From the NCBI RefSeq assembly GCF_003367075.2, contig NZ_CP065936.1, positions 300,001 to 332,000 of the forward strand: a DNA stretch of 32,000 nucleotides, given 5' to 3'. Origin of the DNA: Cylindrospermopsis raciborskii Cr2010. GTDB taxonomy: Bacteria; Cyanobacteriota; Cyanobacteriia; Cyanobacteriales; Nostocaceae. The translations under genes and the position numbers were made by a program. The notes beneath the pieces were generated by a model that was not told the origin of the DNA, ran no database searches, and saw only the letters and a program-made list of their open reading frames with translations. Positions 1 through 8,787 of this stretch are shown here, in pieces. Numbering within the stretch: the stretch's first letter is position 1; every line of letters begins with the position of its first letter.

Positions 1-89
1 AATTCCCAAAACTGCTGTGGTGCGACCAGCAAAAATTGAGGAAATAGACTATATTCAAGAGGAGATGGAGTTTGAGGGGAATTAGGCAA

Positions 90-2441
90 TTAGGCGATCG
101 CATTGAGAGCTGTAAATACTGGAGATGGCAAAAGGTCTTGCAAACTATGTGGTTTTGTCCATGTGAAGGGTGCTCTTTTCGCAGCGGACATCCAGAGGAG
201 TTTTTTTGCTCTGGTCATGGCTACATATAGTAATCTGTATTCCTCTGCTAGTTTTAAATCTTTAGCTTCTTCCCATGCTTGTTTAAGCTCAAAAAGACTT
301 TTGTTTGAGTTGTGATTGACATTTTGCTGGAAATTATTCATGGTTTCTGTCCCTTGATGGAGTGCAGTGCGAATTTGGGCGCGAGCAACTTCTGCTAGGC
401 TAAAATCACCTAAGAATTGACTTTGGGGTTTTACCCACAATTTGCCAGGAATTAGATTTTCATGCAAAAAGGGTAGGAACACATAGTCCCAGTCTAGACC
501 TTTGGCTTTGTGCATGGTGATAATTGTTAACTGACCTTTTTTTATATATTTATCTTCATGGTTTTCTGTATCCACCGCTTCAAATTTTTCCGAATTGACT
601 ATTTCCACTAATGCATGAATTAGGGAACTTCTCGATCTATCCCCGGTAATTTGGAGATTAACTTTTTCTGCTAATTTATCTGCTGTAGCTAACTCCCCTT
701 GATCATAGTTTAGACTTGAGGCCAAAAAGTAAATTATCTGATATACTGGTATTTCCCATGCTCCTTGCAATAAGTTCCTACATTGTTGAGCAGCTTCCTT
801 AACTACTTGTGTTTGCACCTTAGTGAACGGTGTAGGATATAAAAATTCCTCGGGTAAAATTGCCAAGCTATTAACGTCTTGAGCAGCTATTAATTGTCTT
901 TGCATCAGCACGGTTAATGCAGTTTTTAAAAAATCCTGGGAATGGGGGCGATCGCAAAACTGCAATAAAGCTAAGATTTCTTTTGGTACTTGGGAACGTC
1001 TTTCTGTTTCTGCTACCTCATATAGTTCGATATGATGCTGGTTACATATTGGTTCTATATTTTCTGCTAACCATTTACCTTGGCGATTTTCTCTCACTAA
1101 TATAGCAGCAGTACCTACATTAGTTTTGAATAGTTCTACAATCTTTTGACCTATCAGTTCAACAGTGTGATGAATGTCATCAGGTGTATGTAGTTCCAAT
1201 CCTTTTCCTACAGGTGCAGGATTGGCATCGGTTTGCGGATCACCAATATTGACGACTTGAATTTTCTGATTTAGGAATGGTGGTTTTTTTGGTGAATGAT
1301 TTTGTAGATTCCTTTTGGACCATTGGTGATTTACCCATTCCAGAACAAAGTTAGCCGCATCAATAATAATTCTACTACTGCGTCCAGCTTGGTTCATAGT
1401 TGCCAGTCTTTGTTCCCCAGCACATTGTTCACAAAATTCCCGAAAATAAATGGGATCTGCAGGCGTAAAAGTGGAATTAATAGCTTGATTAGAATCACCA
1501 ACCCTGACCAAATTCAAGGTTGTTTTTCCTCCGTTGCTATCTTTTCTTTCTGCCAATATTTCTAATAGTTGAGTTTGTAGCTGACTAGAGTCTTGTGCTT
1601 CGTCTTCAAAAACTGCAAAAATCTTATTTTTTTCAATTCGTAACGCACTGGGATTTTTGAAAACTTCTAAAGCTGCCAAAATCATATCATCATAATCAAT
1701 CAAACCTTGGGACTTCATTAACTTTTCATACTCCTCATATAGTCCCGCTGCAATCCGCAAAATTTGATAGGAGTTTTGAGTTTTCTCACTCCATTGATAG
1801 AGAGTTTCCGGTACAATCCCAGAACTTTTAGCCTCATGAATTGTGGTATAAGCTAAATCTGGCAAAATCTCCGTTCTTAAAACCGATTGACGACGCAGTT
1901 TCTCCGTTTCTTCCCCATCAAATTGGTGTCCTTCTAATAAACGATAATACATGGTGGGATGCTTGCTAATCCACTGCTCTACAGCTATACTAATTAAACG
2001 ATGACTCCGATTAGGAGTAATTAACTTCACCTGGTCTAACTCCAAACCAGACAGTTGGGGATAACGAGTGGCAATATTTAAAGCCAAACCATGTAATGTA
2101 TAAACCACAAACCCCTTTTGTGGTAGAGATAGTTCCCGCAATTTTTCACAAATCTTTAATTTCAGGTTCATAGCAGCTGACTTGGTAAAAGTCACTAGGA
2201 CTAATTGGGAACGGGAGTGGGAGTAATACTGACGCGCTATGGCAATAGCTGCTGCACTAGCCATTCCCGTAGATTTACCCGCACCAGGGACAGCGGAAAC
2301 AGCTAATGGTCCCCCCAACCAATCAGCCATTTGCACCTGTCCAGGACGCAATTTTTGCCGAATCTGTTGGATTTTGACCTCTAGTCTATGTTCTCTATCT
2401 TGAGAGTCCCATTTTTCACTATTTAAATTCTCAAGTTGCAT
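90..2441 (-). CDS. UvrD/REP-type superfamily 1 DNA helicase, divergent from canonical PcrA
   Basis: 783-aa ORF with the full SF1 motif set: Walker A AVPGAGKST, Ia VTFTKSAA, II FEDEAQDSS, III RVGDSNQAI, IV ILVRENRQG, V TMHKAKGLDWDYVF, VI YVAMTRAKKLLW. No nuclease domain is recognisable. Confidence 0.85.
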   Translation of the reverse strand: MQLENLNSEKWDSQDREHRLEVKIQQIRQKLRPGQVQMADWLGGPLAVSAVPGAGKSTGMASAAAIAIARQYYSHSRSQLVLVTFTKSAAMNLKLKICEKLRELSLPQKGFVVYTLHGLALNIATRYPQLSGLELDQVKLITPNRSHRLISIAVEQWISKHPTMYYRLLEGHQFDGEETEKLRRQSVLRTEILPDLAYTTIHEAKSSGIVPETLYQWSEKTQNSYQILRIAAGLYEEYEKLMKSQGLIDYDDMILAALEVFKNPSALRIEKNKIFAVFEDEAQDSSQLQTQLLEILAERKDSNGGKTTLNLVRVGDSNQAINSTFTPADPIYFREFCEQCAGEQRLATMNQAGRSSRIIIDAANFVLEWVNHQWSKRNLQNHSPKKPPFLNQKIQVVNIGDPQTDANPAPVGKGLELHTPDDIHHTVELIGQKIVELFKTNVGTAAILVRENRQGKWLAENIEPICNQHHIELYEVAETERRSQVPKEILALLQFCDRPHSQDFLKTALTVLMQRQLIAAQDVNSLAILPEEFLYPTPFTKVQTQVVKEAAQQCRNLLQGAWEIPVYQIIYFLASSLNYDQGELATADKLAEKVNLQITGDRSRSSLIHALVEIVNSEKFEAVDTENHEDKYIKKGQLTIITMHKAKGLDWDYVFLPFLHENLIPGKLWVKPQSQFLGDFSLAEVARAQIRTALHQGTETMNNFQQNVNHNSNKSLFELKQAWEEAKDLKLAEEYRLLYVAMTRAKKLLWMSAAKRAPFTWTKPHSLQDLLPSPVFTALNAIA

Positions 2442-2562
2442 GGATTTGCTCTGATGATTCTGAATCTTAATCGCGGGTTAAGTAGGGAGGCACAATTATT
2501 TAATTCCACCCACCCACTTAATTTTATTGTGATTTGTTTATTGCTCACATCACCCCAATTCT

Positions 2563-3225
2563 TTAGTGGAGATTGAGATGGTTGGTAACAATCTTTTTGA
2601 GGATTTTTAGGATGATTTCTCCCTCATTTTTGGAACTATATTCCCTAGAAAACTCCAGTTCCATTCTTAACTTTTCAGATTCCATACCTTCAATTTTAGC
2701 ATGGACAAAAGTCCAAACATCAGCAATCGTATAACACCCATATACTTCTTGGGGATCTTGTCTATCCTCTTGCCAATTCAATCTTCCAGCTGTTAGCAGT
2801 TGGCCATATAATTGGGATAGAGGATTTTGATTATCTAAACCCTTTTTCGCTTCCACCACCACCAGGTATGGAACTTCTACACTATCAACCACGCTCCTAG
2901 CTAGTAAACCATCAGCAATTCCTTCTAATTCAAATTGGGGATATTTTGCCTGCAACAATACTTCCGCTAATGCTTGAATTTTACCCCTTTCTGCTAACAG
3001 TAAAAAGGGGTAAATTCCCCTAGCCCAAATGGTGGCTTCATTCATTAAATGAATAGAATAATTTAATAAATGAGATTGTATATAGCCCACCTGTTGCTGT
3101 TCATCTTGAGTTATGGTTATACTCTCAAGGTCTAACCATTCATAACTCCCAATTCCCTTTTCGTCTAATTGCACAAATCTTTTTAAATCAGATTTAGAAA
3201 TCTTGGACAGGGTCAACTTTTCCAT
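2563..3225 (-). CDS. Hypothetical protein with a PD-(D/E)xK nuclease-like signature
   Basis: 220-aa ORF whose ATG lies 6 nt after the raf1 stop. Signature string: NEATIW...EGIADGLL-x13-PYLVVVEAKKG...SQLYGQL (acidic residue, D, ExK, Q-containing helix). The fold assignment is inference only. Confidence 0.55.
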   Translation of the reverse strand: MEKLTLSKISKSDLKRFVQLDEKGIGSYEWLDLESITITQDEQQQVGYIQSHLLNYSIHLMNEATIWARGIYPFLLLAERGKIQALAEVLLQAKYPQFELEGIADGLLARSVVDSVEVPYLVVVEAKKGLDNQNPLSQLYGQLLTAGRLNWQEDRQDPQEVYGCYTIADVWTFVHAKIEGMESEKLRMELEFSREYSSKNEGEIILKILKKIVTNHLNLH

Positions 3226-3231
3226 ATCTCA

Positions 3232-4323
3232 TCACTCATCAATTTGCCAACTATCTTTGGTAAAATCTTCGTCTAAAACTTTTTTAGGACGTAAAATGAC
3301 AATTATGCGTCCTAATATTGTCTGCTCTGGTTGAGTTTCAAACCACTGAAAATCCACTTCTCCATCATTGTCAAAGGCAAAATAACTCCCGTCATCCCAA
3401 TCTCTTTCATCTCTATCTATCACAATTAGAATTTGTTCGGTTTTGCCAGATTTGCTCTGGGGAAAAATGTTGCTCTCCCCAATTATCACTATTGGATCTT
3501 CCGCAGAACGCAACACTTGCCATCCCGGTAATGCTACCCAAGCTTGCTCACCAGCAAATTTAACTATGTTAAAAGGGGCCTCTTCTATAATTAGGGGTAC
3601 TGACTTGACATCCTCTGGGGTTAGGGGTAATTCTCCTACCACGGGAACTAATCTGGGCAGTTCTTCATCGGACTCTAGTCGAAAATAGGGAAGCAAGGGC
3701 GCATTGCGCTGGGGAACAATGGTAAAGTCTGTTAGTAATTGTTCAATCTGTTTTCTGGCTGTACTCGATTGCACAAAACGCAATCCTTTGGCAATTAAAC
3801 GGGATCTCTCTTGCAGGTCTGAGTTTTGTCTGGCCAGTTTCCAGCATTGGTAAGCAATAGCGTCTCCAGGATGGGTACTGAATCCTTCCGGGGGAGTGGA
3901 AAATCGGGAGAAGTCTTTAATAGCTTTAGCAATTTCTCTTGCTTCATCCACATCCAGTTTATGGGCAAAAATTAAATCCGCAGCTGTCGCTCTATCTCCC
4001 TGGGTTAATAGTCTCAGTTCGTAAAGAATGTCACTGGCTCTTGTTCCGTAGTAGGTTTTGGTAGCTTCTGATGCGCCGAATTTTTCTAGGGAGCTGTAAA
4101 CCTGTGCACCAACAACCACCTGATTTTGCTGAATCGGTTCAAATCCTGTAGCTTCAAAAATATCCTGGGGATTATAGCCATTTTTTTGTAAATGGGCGAT
4201 CGCATTTCCCCACTCTACCCAATTACCTTTTTTCTGTCTCAGTTTTACTAGTAATTCTTCAGCTGTATTATCTGTGTTCTGAATATTTCCCTGGTGGTTT
4301 TCTCTGTTGGAAGATTGGGTCAT
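3232..4323 (-). CDS. raf1: Rubisco accumulation factor 1 (Raf1)
   Basis: The 363-aa length fits Raf1. Conserved Raf1 strings: WVEWGNA, EATGFEPIQQNQVVVGAQVY, HPGDAIAYQCWKLA, ERSRLIAKGLRF, WVALPGWQVL..AEDP, RDWDD, ILRPKKVLDE. Confidence 0.85.
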   Translation of the reverse strand: MTQSSNRENHQGNIQNTDNTAEELLVKLRQKKGNWVEWGNAIAHLQKNGYNPQDIFEATGFEPIQQNQVVVGAQVYSSLEKFGASEATKTYYGTRASDILYELRLLTQGDRATAADLIFAHKLDVDEAREIAKAIKDFSRFSTPPEGFSTHPGDAIAYQCWKLARQNSDLQERSRLIAKGLRFVQSSTARKQIEQLLTDFTIVPQRNAPLLPYFRLESDEELPRLVPVVGELPLTPEDVKSVPLIIEEAPFNIVKFAGEQAWVALPGWQVLRSAEDPIVIIGESNIFPQSKSGKTEQILIVIDRDERDWDDGSYFAFDNDGEVDFQWFETQPEQTILGRIIVILRPKKVLDEDFTKDSWQIDE

Positions 4324-4441
4324 AAGTTACTCTTGTTGTTTTCACCTAGTTTATCCTAATCAACTTTTTTAAAATTTTAAAATAATTAAAATAAGTATAA
4401 AAAAGAACTGCTCCCTATTTTATTACAATCTATTTAATAAG

Positions 4442-5092
4442 TCAAGTGGACAATTGATGGCGCAGGTTGCGTAACATACTGCTTGTTCCCCGTTTAATCG
4501 CTTGTTGTACTAACTCTGGAATGAGATCTGTAATACTCAGGGATGGAAAGACTCGACTGGTGGTACTCTTTTGATAGTTGTTTTTTTCTAGCAGGTAAAT
4601 TGTTAGGCGATCATTTTCATAAATCCAGATCTCAGGAACCTGTAGGGTCAAGTAGGTATCTAATGTGGTTTGAGAGGTAAGGTCACTCTCAATTGCTAAG
4701 TCTGGTGGCGGATCCGTTTCCATATTCATTCGCATCAAGGAGCGAACCCGATCCGCATTCTCTATATAAAAACAGGTATCTGGTTCCAGACCTGCTTGTT
4801 CTGGCTTTTTAAAGGTGGTAGAGCCAAAATCTTCCCAAGGTCTGTTTTCAGCATCTAATAGGGTTTTGACAATATCAGAAATAATGCGGTGAGGACGTTC
4901 ATGAGCAGGAAGGGGAGACATAATTTCTAGGGTTCCATTGCAATAGTTCATTCGGGGCACTTGGCGTTCATCCCCCCACTCTTTATATAAAGCTTCATAT
5001 TGCTCCCAAGTAACATCGTGAATCAACAAGTGACTACCCGGTGCAATTTCAATGGTAGTGATTGGCAATTTGACCAGATTAAGTGTAGTCAT
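4442..5092 (-). CDS. Uma2-family (DUF820) putative restriction-endonuclease-like protein
   Basis: 216 aa with the typical Uma2 layout: N-terminal TWEQYEAL, then EIMSP..AHE, PDLAIES (D..E.. core) and VPEIWIYE near the C-terminus. Confidence 0.85.
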   Translation of the reverse strand: MTTLNLVKLPITTIEIAPGSHLLIHDVTWEQYEALYKEWGDERQVPRMNYCNGTLEIMSPLPAHERPHRIISDIVKTLLDAENRPWEDFGSTTFKKPEQAGLEPDTCFYIENADRVRSLMRMNMETDPPPDLAIESDLTSQTTLDTYLTLQVPEIWIYENDRLTIYLLEKNNYQKSTTSRVFPSLSITDLIPELVQQAIKRGTSSMLRNLRHQLST

Positions 5093-5133
5093 GATATTTT
5101 GTTTGTGGAACCAGATTTTGTCGTTATCTTATC

Positions 5134-5916
5134 CTATGTTAACAGAGTGACCTTAAATTCTTCCCCAATTTCTTCAAAGAGTACATCCTTGCCAAGTTTT
5201 TTCGCTTCTTGATAAACCATAGGTAAACCTCTGCCCAATTTATCTATATATCTGAGGTTTTCCATAAATTTAACAATAACCGGATTTATAGAGTAAGACA
5301 CTCCAAACCTCAGTTTATCAATAGTGACCGTGTTTGGTAATTTCCCCGGGCTCATAAACTCTATCCGGTTATCAAACATAAAAATTCGGATCCTGGAACC
5401 GGTTATAGAATAATTACGATGCACACAAGCATTGACAATCAATTCCCGAAACACTTTGTCAGGATATTTTATCCTTTCATCTCTCCTGGTTCCCAAAATA
5501 GATGATGGGGTCAGAATATTGTTTTTGATTATTTGTAATGCTGCTTGTACCTGATCTGGCAGTGATCCTTCAATATTTTTTTTGTCTATTAACTCTTCTG
5601 AGATTGTATCTCCTAGAAAGTGGGCAAATGAGATAGAAGCATTATGGAAAATCCGCTGGGGATTAATGCCAAAGACCAAAAGACCACCAACTGTCACTTG
5701 CTCGTTTTCCGCAATGATATCAGTGTTTTTTAACAGTGTTATTTTCTCTTCCTGTTCCATTTCCATATAGTGGACATCATAACTGTGGAAATATCGATCA
5801 ATGGCATTGTGATTGAGATAAGACGGATTGGTATTGTCAACTGCTGTGACATCAAAGTGATAAAGTCCACTTTGCTGAAATAGTCTCATTAGTTCAATGA
5901 TATAGTTGATGTCCAT
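5134..5916 (-). CDS. COG2865-type ATP-binding protein (HATPase_c_4 / RecG-C-like domain) lacking the usual N-terminal AlbA_2 (Schlafen-like) domain; possibly a truncated remnant
   Basis: 260 aa. Family strings: GGLLVFGINPQRIF, FRELIVNACVHRNY, SPGKLPNTVTIDKL, IDKLGRGLPMV. Only 36 nt separate its start from the upstream DUF29 stop, so no AlbA_2-coding sequence is present. Confidence 0.7.
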   Translation of the reverse strand: MDINYIIELMRLFQQSGLYHFDVTAVDNTNPSYLNHNAIDRYFHSYDVHYMEMEQEEKITLLKNTDIIAENEQVTVGGLLVFGINPQRIFHNASISFAHFLGDTISEELIDKKNIEGSLPDQVQAALQIIKNNILTPSSILGTRRDERIKYPDKVFRELIVNACVHRNYSITGSRIRIFMFDNRIEFMSPGKLPNTVTIDKLRFGVSYSINPVIVKFMENLRYIDKLGRGLPMVYQEAKKLGKDVLFEEIGEEFKVTLLT

Positions 5917-5952
5917 AATAGTTCTTAATCTCTATCAGTTATATTAAATTAA

Positions 5953-6399
5953 CTATGGCAAATATTCTGGATTGAGCACGTCTTTGGGATCAAAGGGACA
6001 TTCTTGGGGAAATACCTCCAGTTCTAAACCAGTTTCCCGGGAAGCGATGAGTCGAGCATCGCTGTAACACTCGTCAAAAACCTGGGCAAAATATGGTCGC
6101 AAGCTAGGACTTTTCTTAAAAGCTCTATTTAAACGCAGACTATGTTCAGTAATTGATGCCCGCCAGCTATCAGTACGTTTATGCTTTTGATATTTCCACT
6201 TGAGTAAGTGCTGAAGCACCCGGATTAAATTGCTTTCTAAAGCATCTTTTTGACTATTGCCCATGTCTTCCAGTTCTTCAATGAGATGGGGAATTTCTTT
6301 GGGGTCTAACTTACTTAATTGCAAAGCTTGTATGGTTTCCTGAATCCAAAGATAAAAGTCTTGGTCGTAAACTGATGTGTTTCTATTCGATGTAGACAT
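5953..6399 (-). CDS. DUF29 family protein
   Basis: 148 aa. The N-terminus YDQDFYLWIQETIQAL, LIEELEDMG and LQHLLKWKYQ are characteristic of the cyanobacterially expanded DUF29 family. Confidence 0.8.
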   Translation of the reverse strand: MSTSNRNTSVYDQDFYLWIQETIQALQLSKLDPKEIPHLIEELEDMGNSQKDALESNLIRVLQHLLKWKYQKHKRTDSWRASITEHSLRLNRAFKKSPSLRPYFAQVFDECYSDARLIASRETGLELEVFPQECPFDPKDVLNPEYLP

Positions 6400-6443
6400 C
6401 TTTAAATTACCTGAAAGATTATTAAGCTTTACTGGTTGTATTT

Positions 6444-6478
6444 TATATATTAAATTTTATATATTAATTATATATTAA
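6444..6478. repeat. Three direct copies of TATATATTAA (starting at 6444, 6458 and 6469) in the divergent DUF29/menG promoter region
   Basis: Read directly from the sequence ttttatatattaaattttatatattaattatatattaaatttttt. Copy spacing is 14 and 11 nt. Confidence 0.6.
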
Positions 6479-6669
6479 ATTTTTTAACACCTACATTAAC
6501 ACAGCTCCCAATTTTTGACAAGGTGCGATCGCAGATAAATTCCCATTCTTTTAAACGAGCGATCGCTACCAAGACAATTCATGTTATATTGAGACTGGAT
6601 TCGATTTCATTACCAAAAGTAGTTTGTTTTGTTTTAAATTTTAAATCTCCCAATTTTTTTCCGCCACCA

Positions 6670-7362
6670 ATGAAGCAAGGAATTCGTGATATTTTTGACC
6701 GTATTGCTCCTGTGTACGATCAACTTAATGATCGGCTAAGCCTGGGACAACACCGCATCTGGAAGGAAATGACTGTGAAATGGAGTGGTGTGAAACCAGG
6801 AGATACTTGTTTAGATTTATGCTGTGGTAGTGGGGATTTAACCTTTCGTTTGGCTCGACGTGCAGGAATTGCTGGTAGAGTATATGGTGTGGATTTCTCT
6901 AATAATTTACTTAATGCTGCTAAAAACCGCCAGAAATTATCCCAGAACCCATATTCTATCACCTGGACAGAAGCAGATGTGCTGAGTCTTCCCTTTGCAG
7001 ATGATCAATTTGACGTTGTGACCATGGGTTATGGTTTAAGAAATGTGACAGATATCACCCGCAGTTTACAGGAAATCTATCGAGTGCTAAAACCTGGGGG
7101 TAGGGCGGCAATTTTGGATTTTCATCGTCCTGATGACCACATCTGGAGGACCTTTCAACAATGGTATTTAGATTATCTGGTTGTTCCCCTAGCCACTAAT
7201 TTGGGTGTAAGGGAAGAATATGCTTACATCAGTCCCAGTTTGCAGCGTTTTCCCAGGGGTAAAGAACAGGTTGCCCTAGCACGTCAAGTTGGGTTTGTCA
7301 ATGCTGTTCATTATCCAATTTCTAATGCTATGATGGGGGTATTAGTAATTGTCGTTCCCTAA
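6670..7362 (+). CDS. menG: Demethylphylloquinone/demethylmenaquinone methyltransferase (MenG/UbiE family)
   Basis: The family-typical N-terminus MKQGIRDIFDRIAPVYDQLND starts at ATG 6670; the 6523 start in the ORF track adds an implausible 49-aa extension. SAM-binding motif LDLCCGSGD is present, plus GYGLRNV. Confidence 0.85.
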   Translation: MKQGIRDIFDRIAPVYDQLNDRLSLGQHRIWKEMTVKWSGVKPGDTCLDLCCGSGDLTFRLARRAGIAGRVYGVDFSNNLLNAAKNRQKLSQNPYSITWTEADVLSLPFADDQFDVVTMGYGLRNVTDITRSLQEIYRVLKPGGRAAILDFHRPDDHIWRTFQQWYLDYLVVPLATNLGVREEYAYISPSLQRFPRGKEQVALARQVGFVNAVHYPISNAMMGVLVIVVP

Positions 7363-7383
7363 TCGAACTGATTCCAAAATCCT

Positions 7384-8619
7384 GTGGATTGGTCACATCT
7401 TTGGCTTTATATATCACCTCCCGTCCTGGGTGGTGTAATTGGCTATTTCACTAATGATATAGCCATTAAAATGCTTTTCCGTCCCTACAGACCCGTCTAT
7501 GTTCTGGGACGTAAGTTACCTTTTACTCCTGGTTTGATTCCCAGTAATCAAGAGCGATTGGGAAACAATATTGCCCATGCTATCATGGGTTCCCTCCTAA
7601 CTCCAGACGAATTACATAAATTGGCTGGACGACTTTTGGCAACTGACCGGGTCAAAGCTGCTATCCTATGGTTGTTGCAATTGGCACTAGCCCAAATTAA
7701 ACAGGAAAAAAATCAGAAAACTGCTCAGATCTTGGCGGGAATTTTGCGCGATTTATTGGGGGATTCTCTTCCCCGTCTGTTAAGAGTGTTAGCTCGTAAA
7801 GAAGATTTTCTAGAAGTACAAATTAATCAAGTTTTTGACCGTCTAATATTAGAGTTTAGACTAAACGAAGAACAGGCTATTTGGTTAGCTGACTGGTTAC
7901 TGAAGGTTGCTTTTCCACCGGATGTGTTAAGACAAGCAATAATTAATTTTCTCACAGATAAAACTATTCAAACTATTGATGATAGCTTTAGAGAAAAAAC
8001 TAGTGGTACTTACTGGGTGGTAGCTAATCTTTTCGGTTTACGAAATACTCTTACCCGACTCAGAAGTTTTTGTTTGGATGAGAAGGAATTGACTAATCAA
8101 CGACTGCAAGAGTTAGTTCAAGACCTACAATTGGGCGATCGCCTGAAAAAGCTATTACAGGATTTATCCCTGCAAAATTTGCCCATTGGCACAGTTCGTG
8201 AATTAAGAAAGAGTGTAAAAGAGAGCATAAGATATTATCTGCGAGACACTGGCAGTAACCTGATACAGGAAGTAACAGAATCAGCGGAATGGGAAAAAAT
8301 TTCCATGCTTCTACTAAATCGTCTGCGCGATTCAGCCATTGTTAACAGTTCCCTAGAGTCTGTGGCTCAAGAGTTAGCCCTAATCTTAGACAAGTATTTA
8401 GAAAAAGACCTAGAAACCATTGTAGCGCAAGCAATTCCAATTTTATCCCTGGATAAAGTTATTGTAGAAAAAGTGAAGGCCACCTCACCTGCTGACTTAG
8501 AAGCAGCTATTGAGGGGATTGTCAAGAACGAGTTACAGGCAATTGTGAATCTAGGAGGTATTTTAGGGTTAGGGGTGGGTCTGTTACAGGTAGGACTTCT
8601 CCTTCTAAACCAGGTCTAG
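7384..8619 (+). CDS. DUF445 family membrane-associated protein
   Basis: 411 aa with a GTG start. N-terminal [20 protein letters not shown] and C-terminal [17 protein letters not shown] plus a hydrophobic tail are the hallmarks of DUF445. Confidence 0.8.
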   Translation: MDWSHLWLYISPPVLGGVIGYFTNDIAIKMLFRPYRPVYVLGRKLPFTPGLIPSNQERLGNNIAHAIMGSLLTPDELHKLAGRLLATDRVKAAILWLLQLALAQIKQEKNQKTAQILAGILRDLLGDSLPRLLRVLARKEDFLEVQINQVFDRLILEFRLNEEQAIWLADWLLKVAFPPDVLRQAIINFLTDKTIQTIDDSFREKTSGTYWVVANLFGLRNTLTRLRSFCLDEKELTNQRLQELVQDLQLGDRLKKLLQDLSLQNLPIGTVRELRKSVKESIRYYLRDTGSNLIQEVTESAEWEKISMLLLNRLRDSAIVNSSLESVAQELALILDKYLEKDLETIVAQAIPILSLDKVIVEKVKATSPADLEAAIEGIVKNELQAIVNLGGILGLGVGLLQVGLLLLNQV

Positions 8620-8633
8620 TCAGGGTTGGCATC

Positions 8634-8721
8634 AAAAAATGGAGAAGGAGGAGTAAGGAGGGGAAGATAGAGAAAAGGGGGATAGGTGGAGGGAAGAAGA
8701 TAAAGAAAATTAAAAAAAAAA
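8634..8721 (+). other. 88-nt cytosine-free purine tract (80 purines, 8 T) with several GGAGG/AGGAGG Shine-Dalgarno-like motifs
   Basis: Read directly: aaaaaatggagaaggaggagtaaggaggggaagatagagaaaagggggataggtggagggaagaagataaagaaaattaaaaaaaaaa. It begins 15 nt after the DUF445 stop. Confidence 0.9.
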
Positions 8722-8787
8722 TTGTTAAGTTTTATTATGTAGACAATAATTGCATTTAAAGTGCTAAGATTTTATCCGAAGTCGTTA

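Noticed and set aside
103-1565. Plus-strand ORFs 103-315, 917-1105 and 1323-1565 from the ORF track
   Set aside because: They lie entirely antisense to the well-supported helicase gene, have low-complexity, cysteine/leucine-rich and otherwise implausible sequences, and carry no motifs. They are shadow ORFs.
3318-3688. Plus-strand ORFs 3318-3563 and 3443-3688
   Set aside because: They are antisense shadows inside raf1 with no recognisable features.
4133-4150. GGTTCAAATCC string resembling a tRNA T-loop
   Set aside because: The flanking bases do not form a T-stem (ATCGG versus CCTGT), there is no acceptor or anticodon arm, and it lies inside the raf1 coding sequence.
6142-6162. R-x5-H (RASITEH) in the DUF29 protein, resembling the HEPN RNase Rx4-6H motif
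   Set aside because: From my recollection of other DUF29 sequences, the histidine position is not conserved (often Q/R), so the match is probably coincidental. It could be settled with a family alignment.
6523-6669. 49-aa N-terminal extension of the MenG ORF
   Set aside because: The extension is not family-like, spans two HIP1 sites and promoter-like sequence, and the canonical MenG/UbiE N-terminus begins at ATG 6670.
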